Shown piece by piece: positions 7,073-16,149 of a DNA stretch of 64,000 bases (the stretch's first letter is position 1; each line of letters begins with the position of its first letter). The notes under the pieces were generated by a model. It searched no databases. It saw nothing but the letters and a program-made list of their open reading frames with translations, and was not told the DNA's origin. Both the position numbers and the translations under genes were made by a program. Source of the stretch: an uncultured Thermoplasmata archaeon (lineage in GTDB: Archaea > Thermoplasmatota > DTKX01 > GCA-020343715); NCBI GenBank assembly GCA_964353355.1, contig CAYGVT010000017.1, forward strand, positions 24,567 to 88,566. The letters run 5' to 3'.

Positions 7073-9579
7073 CGGGCCCGATCATCGATGCCAGGGCGCT
7101 CCTGGGCCTGCTGCGTGCGACCAGCCCCTCAGGCTGCGCGCTCTGCGGTGGAAGTGCACGTGTAGTGTGCACAAGGTGCCGGTCGCGCGTCTGCCCTGAG
7201 TGCGATGCCGGGGCCGATGGCACGGGACGGAAGAAAGGCCGGAGGGGAGGGCGCGGGCCGGCCGTGTGCCTGGCCTGCGCGCTGGAAGGAGGTGACGCCC
7301 CCAACGCCGCCAGGGTCGTGGAGGCACGGCTGTCCGACCTGAACTTGATGGTGAAGGACCTCAAGTCGGGGGGGGGGACGGTCGGGCCGGGCGCGCTGAT
7401 CAGGCCCGCGCATGCCACGCTGCTCCAGCTCGCCTGCCTTGAATCGGTGCTGGGCAGGGAGGGGCTCGAGGCATCCTCCACAGTCCTGAGGCGAGGCCGG
7501 CCGTTCCTCTTGAGGAACCTGGGCCATGCCCTGTCCATCACGGCGGAGGCCGGCCGGCCGACACAATCCAGGGTCGGCGAGCAGCTCGACGCGTACTATG
7601 GCTCGGTAGTTGCCCTGCTGAGAGGTCCGCCCAGGCCCGCTGGGGAGGCCCCTTCCGTCGATGGCGCCGATGGGGACGGGCTATCGTGGGCGCTCGCCAT
7701 CGAGGTGGGGCTGGACAGATTGCGGAGGTACTTCAGCTTCCATCACCTGGACGAGCCAGGGACGACCGTCGATGCCCTCCTCGGACGGGTCTCCAGGAGC
7801 CTGGATGATACGCTCGCCACATCGTCGCCATCGCCTGCCTCGGTCCAGATCGCCGCCATCAGGAAGGTCCTGTTGGAGGTGGATGGGTTTGACGACTACG
7901 ACTCCACGGCGCTGCGGCGATATCTGGACCCCTCCATGGCGGAGACGATCGACGTCCCGGAGATGTCGGCGTTCGTCCGGAGGCTCCTCATCGCCGAGCT
8001 CCTGCTCGCCCTCGCCATCGCCAGGACCGAGGCCGCACCGACCATCCCGGGGAGCGTGAGGGACGACCTGGACACGGACATCGAGAGGCTCGGGACGACG
8101 ATAGGGCGCCTGCTCAGGGCGGCGGACGAGAGGGGGGGTCGGCCCAGCGCGCTGCCCGGCCTCCTCGAACGCGCGCAGTCGGCCACGTTGTCGGCCATGC
8201 GAGCGGCCGTGAGAGCGCGGAGGGCGGCAAGGGCCGGGTCCTATGCTAAGTCGCTCGTGGCGGCGATGCGGGCGATCGTCTGCCTGGAGGGCGTCAGCCT
8301 GCTGCACGAGGCCGCGTTCGGCATGGGCCCCAGGGAGGCCGACATCTGGGACGTGCTCGATGCCTGGACGACCGAGCTCCTCGAGAGCAGCGCCGCCACG
8401 GCCATCGCGGCGCAGGGGGCGCAGGGCGGGCCATGGGACGCAGCGCAGGTCCGTCGCGTCCTTAACGCGACCGATGCCCTGGAGACGAGGTTCGTGGGCA
8501 TGCTCGAGGGTCTGGGCGCCTCATCGAAGGCCGACACCGGGTACATCAGGCCCGCCCACGATCATCTGTGGGGACTGGTCAGATCGATGGTCCTGGCACG
8601 CCTCGCCCCCTCCCCCGACCCCACCGCCCTCATGGGTGTCGTGGGCGGATCCACGGACGACCTCCGCGACCTGCTGGCCCTGAGAAAGGCTCATGGCAGG
8701 CCCCCATCGACCAGGCAGGACGCCTGGTTCGAGGCCAGCCTGGATTCCCTGCGGGCGATGGCCTCCCCGGCCCCCTCCGTCGTGGCCCCCCAGACCCCGG
8801 TGGTCGAGACGGCCGCGGTCCAGGAGGTCGCCGTGGCGGTCCGTCCCGTGCGGCCACCGCCATCCCCGCTCGAGGAGCTGGGCCTCGAGCGCATACTCGG
8901 GGCGTTCGGCGACGCCCCCAGGCTCGTTCGGTGCGGGGGCCTGGGCGCGGGGGGGCTCGTGGCGGTCCTTCTTCCCGGGACGGTGGAGGCGCTCGAGGGG
9001 CTCGAGGGCCGTCTCGGGGGCCGTCTCGGGGGCTCGATATCGATATCTGAAGACCACCTCTCGGCAAGGCTCGTGGCGGTCCCCAGGACGGACGACGTCT
9101 GGGAGGCCAGGGAGCTTGCGCGGGAGGCGTCGCTGCTCCAGATTCTGGCACAGGGCACCCCGGCGGGCGGCCCGGTCACGCTCATCGCCTTCGCATCGCT
9201 CCCTGCGCCTGGAGGGCCGATGGCGATACTCTCGGACACCTGGATCGTCTCGGAGGAGCGCACGGTGAGGCAGTGGGGCCGCCGGGAGGCCCCCGCCTCC
9301 TCCACCGTCTCCGGGCCCATGGACGGCCTGCATGCGGCGCTCTCGAGGGCCGGAGGAGTGACGGTCATCCGGGACGATGGCGGGGCCTACCTGCAGGGAT
9401 GGCTATGGGGCCTCCTGCGCGAGCTGCGGCTCAGGGAGGGCGCGTTGGAGGGAGCGCCCGACGTCCGCGCCGTGCAGCTCGCGGGGAATGCGGCCTTCTA
9501 TCGCTGGCTGTCCGAGGATGGGGCGCGCGATGGCTCCTTTGGAACGACGCTCGATGCCCTCTCACAGGGGGCGGGGTGA
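7069..9579 (+). CDS. hypothetical protein with N-terminal 8-Cys zinc-binding module (4x CxxC) and long Ala/Leu/Arg-rich helical region
   Basis: 836 aa. Starts TTG in a TTGA overlap with the stop of the preceding gene. CALCGGSARVVCTRCRSRVCPECD...VCLAC gives four CxxC pairs (binuclear treble-clef/RING- or B-box-like spacing). No other recognisable motif. Confidence 0.7.
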   Translation: MTGPIIDARALLGLLRATSPSGCALCGGSARVVCTRCRSRVCPECDAGADGTGRKKGRRGGRGPAVCLACALEGGDAPNAARVVEARLSDLNLMVKDLKSGGGTVGPGALIRPAHATLLQLACLESVLGREGLEASSTVLRRGRPFLLRNLGHALSITAEAGRPTQSRVGEQLDAYYGSVVALLRGPPRPAGEAPSVDGADGDGLSWALAIEVGLDRLRRYFSFHHLDEPGTTVDALLGRVSRSLDDTLATSSPSPASVQIAAIRKVLLEVDGFDDYDSTALRRYLDPSMAETIDVPEMSAFVRRLLIAELLLALAIARTEAAPTIPGSVRDDLDTDIERLGTTIGRLLRAADERGGRPSALPGLLERAQSATLSAMRAAVRARRAARAGSYAKSLVAAMRAIVCLEGVSLLHEAAFGMGPREADIWDVLDAWTTELLESSAATAIAAQGAQGGPWDAAQVRRVLNATDALETRFVGMLEGLGASSKADTGYIRPAHDHLWGLVRSMVLARLAPSPDPTALMGVVGGSTDDLRDLLALRKAHGRPPSTRQDAWFEASLDSLRAMASPAPSVVAPQTPVVETAAVQEVAVAVRPVRPPPSPLEELGLERILGAFGDAPRLVRCGGLGAGGLVAVLLPGTVEALEGLEGRLGGRLGGSISISEDHLSARLVAVPRTDDVWEARELAREASLLQILAQGTPAGGPVTLIAFASLPAPGGPMAILSDTWIVSEERTVRQWGRREAPASSTVSGPMDGLHAALSRAGGVTVIRDDGGAYLQGWLWGLLRELRLREGALEGAPDVRAVQLAGNAAFYRWLSEDGARDGSFGTTLDALSQGAG

Positions 9580-9582
9580 CCG

Positions 9583-11157
9583 ATGCTCCGGTTGACAGAC
9601 GACTCTGGCAGGTCGCACGGCTTCCTCGTGGCGGACGTCCACCACCACGTCGGCAGCGAGGGCCAGACGAGGAACCTCAACCCCAAGGAGCCGAACGGCT
9701 CGTACGACTTCTTCAGGGGGGTCCAGTACGGGTCCGAGTCCAAGCCAGGTCTGGCGACCATCCTCAGGGATTCCGACGCCTTCAAGTACCACATCACGGG
9801 GGGGGAGGCGTTCCCCCCTCATCCCATGCTGAGGTGCCTCTCCCTCGCCGACGAGCGGATGGGGAGGGCCTTCGAAGGGAGCTGGGCCATCGACCTGTCC
9901 GTGGCGTTCCCGATGCACGACGACTTCCGCTCCAACGACGTCGTCGAGTACAGGGCCTCCAACAGGCGGCTTGCCAAGGTCGTCGGTGTCCTGCCGAACA
10001 GCCTGAGGTTCATCCCGTGGGGAAGGGTCAACCCGGACGACGGGGCGGTGGCGTGCGAGGAGCTGCACAGGGCCGCCTCAGAGGACGGCATCAGGGGCCT
10101 CAAGCTCCATCCCAAGAGCGAGGGGTTCGACCTCGAGGGGGCGGGGTTCAGGCTGGTCCTGCGCGCGGCGGCGAGGCATGCCCTCCCCGTCATCCTGCAC
10201 ACCGACTGGAAGAGCGACCGCCGCCGCATCGTCGAGGCCGTCGACGACACCATCGTCGCGCTCGCGTCGGAGGGCGACGTGGGGGCGATAGCCGACCTGC
10301 GGGTCATCCTGGGGCACTTCGGGTGGGCCGTGGACCCGGAGATGATAGGCTTCATAGCGCACCCCTGTGTCTACGGTGAGGTCTCCGGGCTGCGCGGCAG
10401 GGGAGCGACGGAGTTCTTCAGGATCGCGAGGGACCACTTCCCCGACCACAGGTGGGACGCCTCGGCCCTCCTTTCGAGGGTCCCAGACCCGTCCAGCGTG
10501 TCCAGGGCGCTCCGCCCGGGGATAGTGGGGGACTGGTCGAGGAAGGTGATGTACGGGTCGGACAACCCCTTCCTCAACCAGAACAACTCCATCGACACCA
10601 TCGGCGCCATCTTGGGCAGGGAGCTCGACCTCACGGCCCTCGAGGTGGCGAACATCCTGGGCCTGAACGCGCTCGCGCTCTTCGCCAACGGCGCCGACGG
10701 GATGGACGGTGGCGGCCGTCCAGCGCCACCGGCGATGACCGTCCCTGGCCAAGTCCCGTTCTCAGGCACCCTGGAGGATGGCGCCCTCTTCCTGGCGGTC
10801 ATGCTGAAGGGCCTGCCCCAGAACATGAGAAGGGTGCGCTTCGTCCCGCTGCTGGCCGCCGAGCCACAGCCCCGGCTGCTGCCCGAGCTGGGGGTGCTGC
10901 ACGTGTCGGGGCGCGAGGAGAGCGGGACCTCGTTGCTCTCGGTCCAGCTGGGGGCCACGGGTCGGATGGGGTTCATGGCAATCGATTGTCCCGCATTCCC
11001 GCCCGCTGCCCTCGGGGACCCCCTGTCCCAGCTCGTCGCCGATGGCCTCGTCGCCGCGGCATCGAGGCAGCCAGGTTGCCAGGCGGCCACGATGGCGGAG
11101 GCGCTCGTGCTGTCACGGTTGGGCACCCGTGGCGGGGAAGAAGCCCAGGAGGATTGA
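9583..11157 (+). CDS. amidohydrolase-2 family (TIM-barrel metal-dependent hydrolase)
   Basis: 524 aa. FLVADVHHHVGSE near N-terminus, GLKLHPKSEG, PVILHTDW, ILGHFGW and MYGSDNPF are spaced as in PF04909-type metal-dependent hydrolases. 4-nt gap from upstream gene. Confidence 0.75.
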   Translation: MLRLTDDSGRSHGFLVADVHHHVGSEGQTRNLNPKEPNGSYDFFRGVQYGSESKPGLATILRDSDAFKYHITGGEAFPPHPMLRCLSLADERMGRAFEGSWAIDLSVAFPMHDDFRSNDVVEYRASNRRLAKVVGVLPNSLRFIPWGRVNPDDGAVACEELHRAASEDGIRGLKLHPKSEGFDLEGAGFRLVLRAAARHALPVILHTDWKSDRRRIVEAVDDTIVALASEGDVGAIADLRVILGHFGWAVDPEMIGFIAHPCVYGEVSGLRGRGATEFFRIARDHFPDHRWDASALLSRVPDPSSVSRALRPGIVGDWSRKVMYGSDNPFLNQNNSIDTIGAILGRELDLTALEVANILGLNALALFANGADGMDGGGRPAPPAMTVPGQVPFSGTLEDGALFLAVMLKGLPQNMRRVRFVPLLAAEPQPRLLPELGVLHVSGREESGTSLLSVQLGATGRMGFMAIDCPAFPPAALGDPLSQLVADGLVAAASRQPGCQAATMAEALVLSRLGTRGGEEAQED

Positions 11158-11160
11158 ACG

Positions 11161-12465
11161 ATGGACCGGACCGCTCTCACCCTCAAGTTCGCTGCAATCG
11201 ATGAATCGAAGATAGCCCTCTCCCCGGCTGACGCTGCGACGCTCGGTGTGGACGTCGGGGACATAGTGAGGGCCATGGACGAGAACTCCATGGAGCTCGG
11301 CGGCGCCAAGGTCGAGGTCAGGGGCGACGTCGAGACGGGCTCGTTCCTGGCCAGCGAGCAGTTCGCCGAGTCGCTCGCCATGGACGAGGGCTATCCGTAC
11401 ACCCTCGAGCGTTACGATGGCGAGATGGACGTGTCGCTCGAGACGGTGATCCTGGACATCACCGAGATGGGCGCCAGGACAGACATGGGGAGGAGCGTCA
11501 CGAGGGGGCATAGCGCGTTCGAGGGCTTCCTCCGTGGCAAGGTCATCAATCGCGGGCTGAAGCTGAGATGGTCCGAGATGGGTGTGAACATCGAGGTCCG
11601 GCAGACGGTCCCGCCCCTGCGGGACAACCAGTACGTCATAGTTGGGGACATCGCCAAGATGGAGCTCTACGCCGTCGGTGTCCCGTTCAACGGCATCCTC
11701 CTCGTGGACGTCAGCAAATCCATGAACGAGACGGACATGGTCGTGGATGACCGCGTCCTGCCCATGCTCAGCAGCCTCCACTACCTGGCGGACAATGCTA
11801 TGCCGGCCATGCACGACTACATCGCCCGCATCGAGAAGAGCGATCGGATACGGAGGATCGACTCGGCGGCCCTGTCGGCGATGCTGTACCTCTCCGAGAA
11901 GGTGGCGAGGGGCCAGGGGGAGAAGACCGCGATCATAACGTACTCGGACCGCGCAGAGCCGCTCTCGTACAGCCTCAGGGAGGGCGATGCCGTGATAGAG
12001 GTCCCATGGTACGACCTCTCCAAGGGCAGCGTGGGGGAGGATGAGAGGCGGGAGGCCGCCGTCGTCATCGGTGATGCGCTGCTGATGCGCATCGAGCGGG
12101 CCGAATCGAAGAACACCAACATGGAGGCGGCGCTCCTGCAGGCCAAGAGCGTGATAGAGATGATGAAGGCCAAGGAGGCCGGGTCCGCTCAGGGCCCTCC
12201 CAAGCCCATCATGGTCGTCTTCCTCACCGACGGCGAGTACAACGTCGGTCGCTCACCTGTGCGGGTGGTCCAGGAGGCCTTCAAGGCCCTCGAGGGGGTC
12301 GTGGTCCACACCGTGGGGATCGGGGGCAGCGTCGACGAGGCGCTCCTGAAGAGGGTCGCCGAGCTCGGGGGGGGGGAGTACTGCAAGGCCCAGAACCTCG
12401 TGGAGCTCGTCGACTTCTACAGCAGGAACGCGAAGCGGTTCGGGACCAGCGCCTTGCTGAGATGA
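11161..12465 (+). CDS. vWA domain protein (paralog of the C-terminal two-thirds of 1813-3315)
   Basis: 434 aa. N-terminal LTLKFAAIDESKIALSPADAATLGVDVGDIVRA matches the barrel module of the first gene. vWA with MIDAS DVSKSMNETD, IMVVFLTDGEYN and VHTVGIGG. 4-nt gap from upstream gene. Confidence 0.8.
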   Translation: MDRTALTLKFAAIDESKIALSPADAATLGVDVGDIVRAMDENSMELGGAKVEVRGDVETGSFLASEQFAESLAMDEGYPYTLERYDGEMDVSLETVILDITEMGARTDMGRSVTRGHSAFEGFLRGKVINRGLKLRWSEMGVNIEVRQTVPPLRDNQYVIVGDIAKMELYAVGVPFNGILLVDVSKSMNETDMVVDDRVLPMLSSLHYLADNAMPAMHDYIARIEKSDRIRRIDSAALSAMLYLSEKVARGQGEKTAIITYSDRAEPLSYSLREGDAVIEVPWYDLSKGSVGEDERREAAVVIGDALLMRIERAESKNTNMEAALLQAKSVIEMMKAKEAGSAQGPPKPIMVVFLTDGEYNVGRSPVRVVQEAFKALEGVVVHTVGIGGSVDEALLKRVAELGGGEYCKAQNLVELVDFYSRNAKRFGTSALLR

Positions 12466-12520
12466 GGGACCCCGGCCCCTACGTTGAGAGGCCTGCGGGG
12501 GCGCGATGACCTGTGAAAGG

Positions 12521-13015
12521 TCACGGCCCTCGCACAGGGATCTGCTTGGTCACGTCGCCACCCATGGTCGATTGGCCCCCCGAGGCCTTGATGGTTATGA
12601 AGGCCCCTTCGCTGCCAGGGAGGTCGAACGTGAGGTCGTCAATCACCGCCTTGCCGTATTTATCGGTCGATGCTGGTATCATTGTGAATCCAGGGCCAGT
12701 GATCTCGACCTTGGCACCATCCACGCCGCTGTTCTTGGTGTCGAGGACCTTCAGTTCCAACTTGATCTTGGCGGGGCTGGTGCTGCACTGATAGAGCGTC
12801 CCGCTCTTCCACTCGGCGTTTTCAATAACCGTGATGGTGACCTCTATCTTGTCTATCTGGTCCTTGCTGATGTTAGAAATAAGGTACGCGATCGTCGCTA
12901 TGACCAGGATGGCCACGATAATGGCTATCAGGAGCGTGATGGCCTCCATGCCCCCGTCCTGGGGCCTGAACCGATGCAAGCGATAACTCCCTCTCCTCAA
13001 CTCGTTCCCCTCCAT
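12521..13015 (-). CDS. small secreted/membrane-anchored beta-rich protein with pilin-like N-terminal TM helix; low-GC gene
   Basis: ORF 164 aa (alternative start Met23 at 12949: MEAITLLIAIIVAILVIATIAYLI). TATA-like GGTATATATAG at 13043-13053 upstream on the minus strand. Local GC about 55% versus 68% surroundings. Confidence 0.6.
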   Translation of the reverse strand: MEGNELRRGSYRLHRFRPQDGGMEAITLLIAIIVAILVIATIAYLISNISKDQIDKIEVTITVIENAEWKSGTLYQCSTSPAKIKLELKVLDTKNSGVDGAKVEITGPGFTMIPASTDKYGKAVIDDLTFDLPGSEGAFITIKASGGQSTMGGDVTKQIPVRGP

Positions 13016-13470
13016 CGAGTGGTCGTGTAATGTTGAAGCAGGGTATATATAGTTTGCCAGGCGATAGAATTTGGCCAGGGTCGAATGGGAGGGCCTCCCT
13101 CATCGAGGGGCCGTCCCTGCGTCCCTGCGTCGAGGATGCGAGCGGGTCGGTCGCACCGGAGGTCGGGGGTCGCCATCGAAAGATGGTGCACATCGAGCAA
13201 GAAGGTCGGTCGAGGTGCTGACCATAGGGGCCGGGTGGAGGGCCGTCACCGATTGCCATGGGGATGGTCATCGGGGGGCGGGTCGCATCCGGGGGCGCGA
13301 AGCACTGACGGGAGACCGAGTCGGCCCCCCCATACCCTTGTCGATGGGAGCAAGAACCTGGGGACCGATCGACTGCACCGCCCCTCTCGCTTGGATTGGC
13401 ATCTGGGGAGGGAACGAAGGATTATATAGTGACCCTTCCTATATTCCAAGGCGGAGGAAAGGTGGATCCC

Positions 13471-14664
13471 ATGTTCTGTGGGGGATGTGGTGCCCAGCTC
13501 GTCGAAACCGCGATGTTCTGCCCGTCTTGCGGTCGCAAGGTCGAACTACAGCCCGTCCAAGGTGGTGCGGCCCCGCCCACGGGCGGCCAGGGCGCGGGAG
13601 CCTCCGGGACCCAGCTCCTCTGGACCCCGCCCCCTCAGCCCCAGCAGGCCGCGCCCCGACCGCCGCCACCACCGCCTCCCGCGGCTCCATGGGGTCAGCC
13701 CATGCCCCCCGTCCAGGCCACGCCGCAGAGCTATGTCCCTGTGAGCCCGGTGCAAGGTCAGGCACCGGCACCCGCATGGGCGCCGGCCTATACCCCGCCC
13801 CCGTACCTCCCGGCGCCGCCCGCCGGGGCCGCAACCACAGCGGCCGGAGGGCCCTCCGGGCTGACATCCAAGGTGAGGGGCCATGCCCGTGGCCTTCCCG
13901 CGTTGGTCAGGGCCTCCACCGCGAACAAGGTCCTGGCGGTGGCGATGGCGATGGGCATCATCGGCGCCCTCCTCCTTCTATTCGGCCCTCTGGGCTCGTA
14001 CAGCTCCAGCACCACCACCAGCTCATCCAACAGACACTACAACGGGTACACGGACACGTACTACTACACCACCGACTACAGCACCTCTTGGAGCGACACG
14101 ACACTCACCATCGCCTCTGCACAGTTCGGTCTGTCTGGCCTCCTTTCAATCATCGCACTGCTGGCCGGTGTCTTCCTGGTGTACAGGTCGATGCTGACCG
14201 ACGACCCCGTTAGCAAGTGGAAGTACCTGCGTCGCGGCTTCCTCCTCCCCATCGTGGCCATAGTGGTCATGTTCGTGACGGGAGCGGCGTTCGCGAGCTG
14301 GGCCGACTCCCAGGAATACGATGAGATCGGTATCGAGGCGGGGCTCGGATGGGGTGTGATATTCAGCATCCTTCAGATGGTACTTGTGCTCGGAGCCTCG
14401 ACCCGTATCCCGAGACCCGCGGATGTGCGTCCGCTCCTCCACCCCGCGATCATGGCCCCCGTGGAGAGGGCCACATCCATGGTGCGCCAGGGGTCGAGGT
14501 CGGCCTTGAACCAGTCCAAGCCCGAGCTGATGGCCCCCCAGGGGATGCAGATGCAGTCAGGCGGTCCGGTCAGCAGCGGTCCAATGGGCGCTCCATACTA
14601 CCCTCCGATTGGCACGGCCCCTCCACCGTACGGGTACCCACCGCAAGGGGGTCCACAGAGGTAG
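13471..14664 (+). CDS. zinc-ribbon domain membrane protein (N-terminal DZR zinc ribbon, Pro-rich linker, multiple TM helices)
   Basis: Start at MFCGGCGAQLVETAMFCPSCGRKV, preceded by GGAGG and a TATA-like ATTATATAG at 13421-13430. Long PPPPPPP linker, then hydrophobic helices (VLAVAMAMGIIGALLLLFG, LSGLLSIIALLAGVFLVY, LLPIVAIVVMFVTGAAFA). Confidence 0.65.
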   Translation: MFCGGCGAQLVETAMFCPSCGRKVELQPVQGGAAPPTGGQGAGASGTQLLWTPPPQPQQAAPRPPPPPPPAAPWGQPMPPVQATPQSYVPVSPVQGQAPAPAWAPAYTPPPYLPAPPAGAATTAAGGPSGLTSKVRGHARGLPALVRASTANKVLAVAMAMGIIGALLLLFGPLGSYSSSTTTSSSNRHYNGYTDTYYYTTDYSTSWSDTTLTIASAQFGLSGLLSIIALLAGVFLVYRSMLTDDPVSKWKYLRRGFLLPIVAIVVMFVTGAAFASWADSQEYDEIGIEAGLGWGVIFSILQMVLVLGASTRIPRPADVRPLLHPAIMAPVERATSMVRQGSRSALNQSKPELMAPQGMQMQSGGPVSSGPMGAPYYPPIGTAPPPYGYPPQGGPQR

Positions 14665-14895
14665 CACGGGATCCGATCGATGCCTGGCGACTCAAGAAAT
14701 AAAGTGGCCCGCCCAAGTCCCGGAGTTGTCTCCCATGTTCTCCACCATAAATGGGAGCGTCGTCTTGTACCCTCTCGAGTCGCAAAGGGGACCGTTGTAG
14801 GAGGCTGACCGGTCAAGTGACGATGGCCGTGCGCCCGAAACCTATTAGTGGACATCCTCCCATCCCCCGGTGCCAGCACTCGGATGGCGATTGAC

Positions 14896-16149
14896 ATGAG
14901 GAAGTGGGCCCTCCCGTCGGCAGTCATCATCCTCTTGGCCATGCCCATGCTCCTGACATGTGCGGCCGATGCCTCACCGGACCCCCTGAACCTCCCCCCG
15001 GAGGTCCTCGGCCGTGCCCCCCTGGACGCCACGCCCGGTGTGGAGTACTACTGGGACATTGACGCCCAGGACCCCGACGGCGACAGGCCCGCGTTCACCC
15101 TCCTCGAGGGGCCCGTGGGCGCGACCCTGAACGGCACCACGGGGGAGCTCAGATGGACGCCGCCCCAGGGGACCGAGCCCATCTCCATCCAGATAGCGTT
15201 CAGCGTGGAGGTCTCGGACGCCACCGACGCCATCTACGTCAACTTCACGGTCCGGTTGCGGTACCCCTCGGACGAACCCCCTGCGATCATCGGGAACCTC
15301 ACGAGGCTCAATGCCAAGGGTGACACCGAAATCGACCTGGGACAATACATGTCCGACCCGGACGACCCCATCACGAACCTCACCTGGCGCATCGAGCAGC
15401 AAGACCAGTCGGGCTTCTCGGCCAAGGTGGTCGGGCGCAAGTTGCTGGTCGCCCTCGAATCCAGCGAGAAGGGCACGGGTTCGTTGACGTTGGTCCTCGA
15501 GGACCCATCGGGCCTCTCCGACCGCAGAGAGGTCGAGGTCGAGTACGACGGGACGATGGACGTCGTGTACGGCGTCATGTGCTGGGTCATCATCATCGTC
15601 ATCGTCGCGCTCATCGTCGCGATGGTCACGCTCAGGCACCGCTCTCGGTCGATGGCGGCAGCGCCTGCGCCCGGTCAGGGAGACAAGACGGTCGGTGGCA
15701 GATGGGTCCCCACGGGCCCTCCGTGCGTGGTCGAGGACGTCCTCGTCGTGTACAGGGACGGACGGCTGATCGGGAGGTACGGCACGGCAGGGCACATGAC
15801 CCAGGACGCCGACCTGATGTCCGGGATGCTCATCGCCGTCCAGGGCCTGGTCCAGGACGGGTTGCACGACGGTGGCGAGCTGGAGAGCATCAAGTACGGC
15901 GACAACATCCTCCTGGTCTCGAGCGGGTCGTTCGTCAACCTCGTGGCCGTCGTCTCCGGGACCCCGGACGACGCCCTCATCGAGGAGATGCGGACGATGG
16001 TCCAACGCATCGAGGAGAGGTACACCGATTCCATCGCCAACTGGACGGGGGACCTCTCGACCTTCTCCGACATGGGCGAGGTGGTGGAGCCCCTGCTCTC
16101 GCGCAATCCTGCAGGCGGGAGCGAGGCCATGGGCGCCGATGCGCACTGA
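14896..16149 (+). CDS. receptor-like single-pass membrane protein: signal peptide, extracellular cadherin-like/He_PIG Ig-like domains, TM helix, cytoplasmic roadblock/LC7-like domain
   Basis: Start MRKWALPSAVIILLAMPMLL (ORF begins at 14848). GVEYYWDIDAQDPDGD...GELRWTPP has He_PIG/dystroglycan-type pattern. TM CWVIIIVIVALIVAMV. Cytoplasmic VVEDVLVVYRDGRLIGRYG...DADLMSGMLIAVQGLVQDGLHDGGELESIKYGDNILLVSSG fits Robl/LC7. Confidence 0.75.
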   Translation: MRKWALPSAVIILLAMPMLLTCAADASPDPLNLPPEVLGRAPLDATPGVEYYWDIDAQDPDGDRPAFTLLEGPVGATLNGTTGELRWTPPQGTEPISIQIAFSVEVSDATDAIYVNFTVRLRYPSDEPPAIIGNLTRLNAKGDTEIDLGQYMSDPDDPITNLTWRIEQQDQSGFSAKVVGRKLLVALESSEKGTGSLTLVLEDPSGLSDRREVEVEYDGTMDVVYGVMCWVIIIVIVALIVAMVTLRHRSRSMAAAPAPGQGDKTVGGRWVPTGPPCVVEDVLVVYRDGRLIGRYGTAGHMTQDADLMSGMLIAVQGLVQDGLHDGGELESIKYGDNILLVSSGSFVNLVAVVSGTPDDALIEEMRTMVQRIEERYTDSIANWTGDLSTFSDMGEVVEPLLSRNPAGGSEAMGADAH

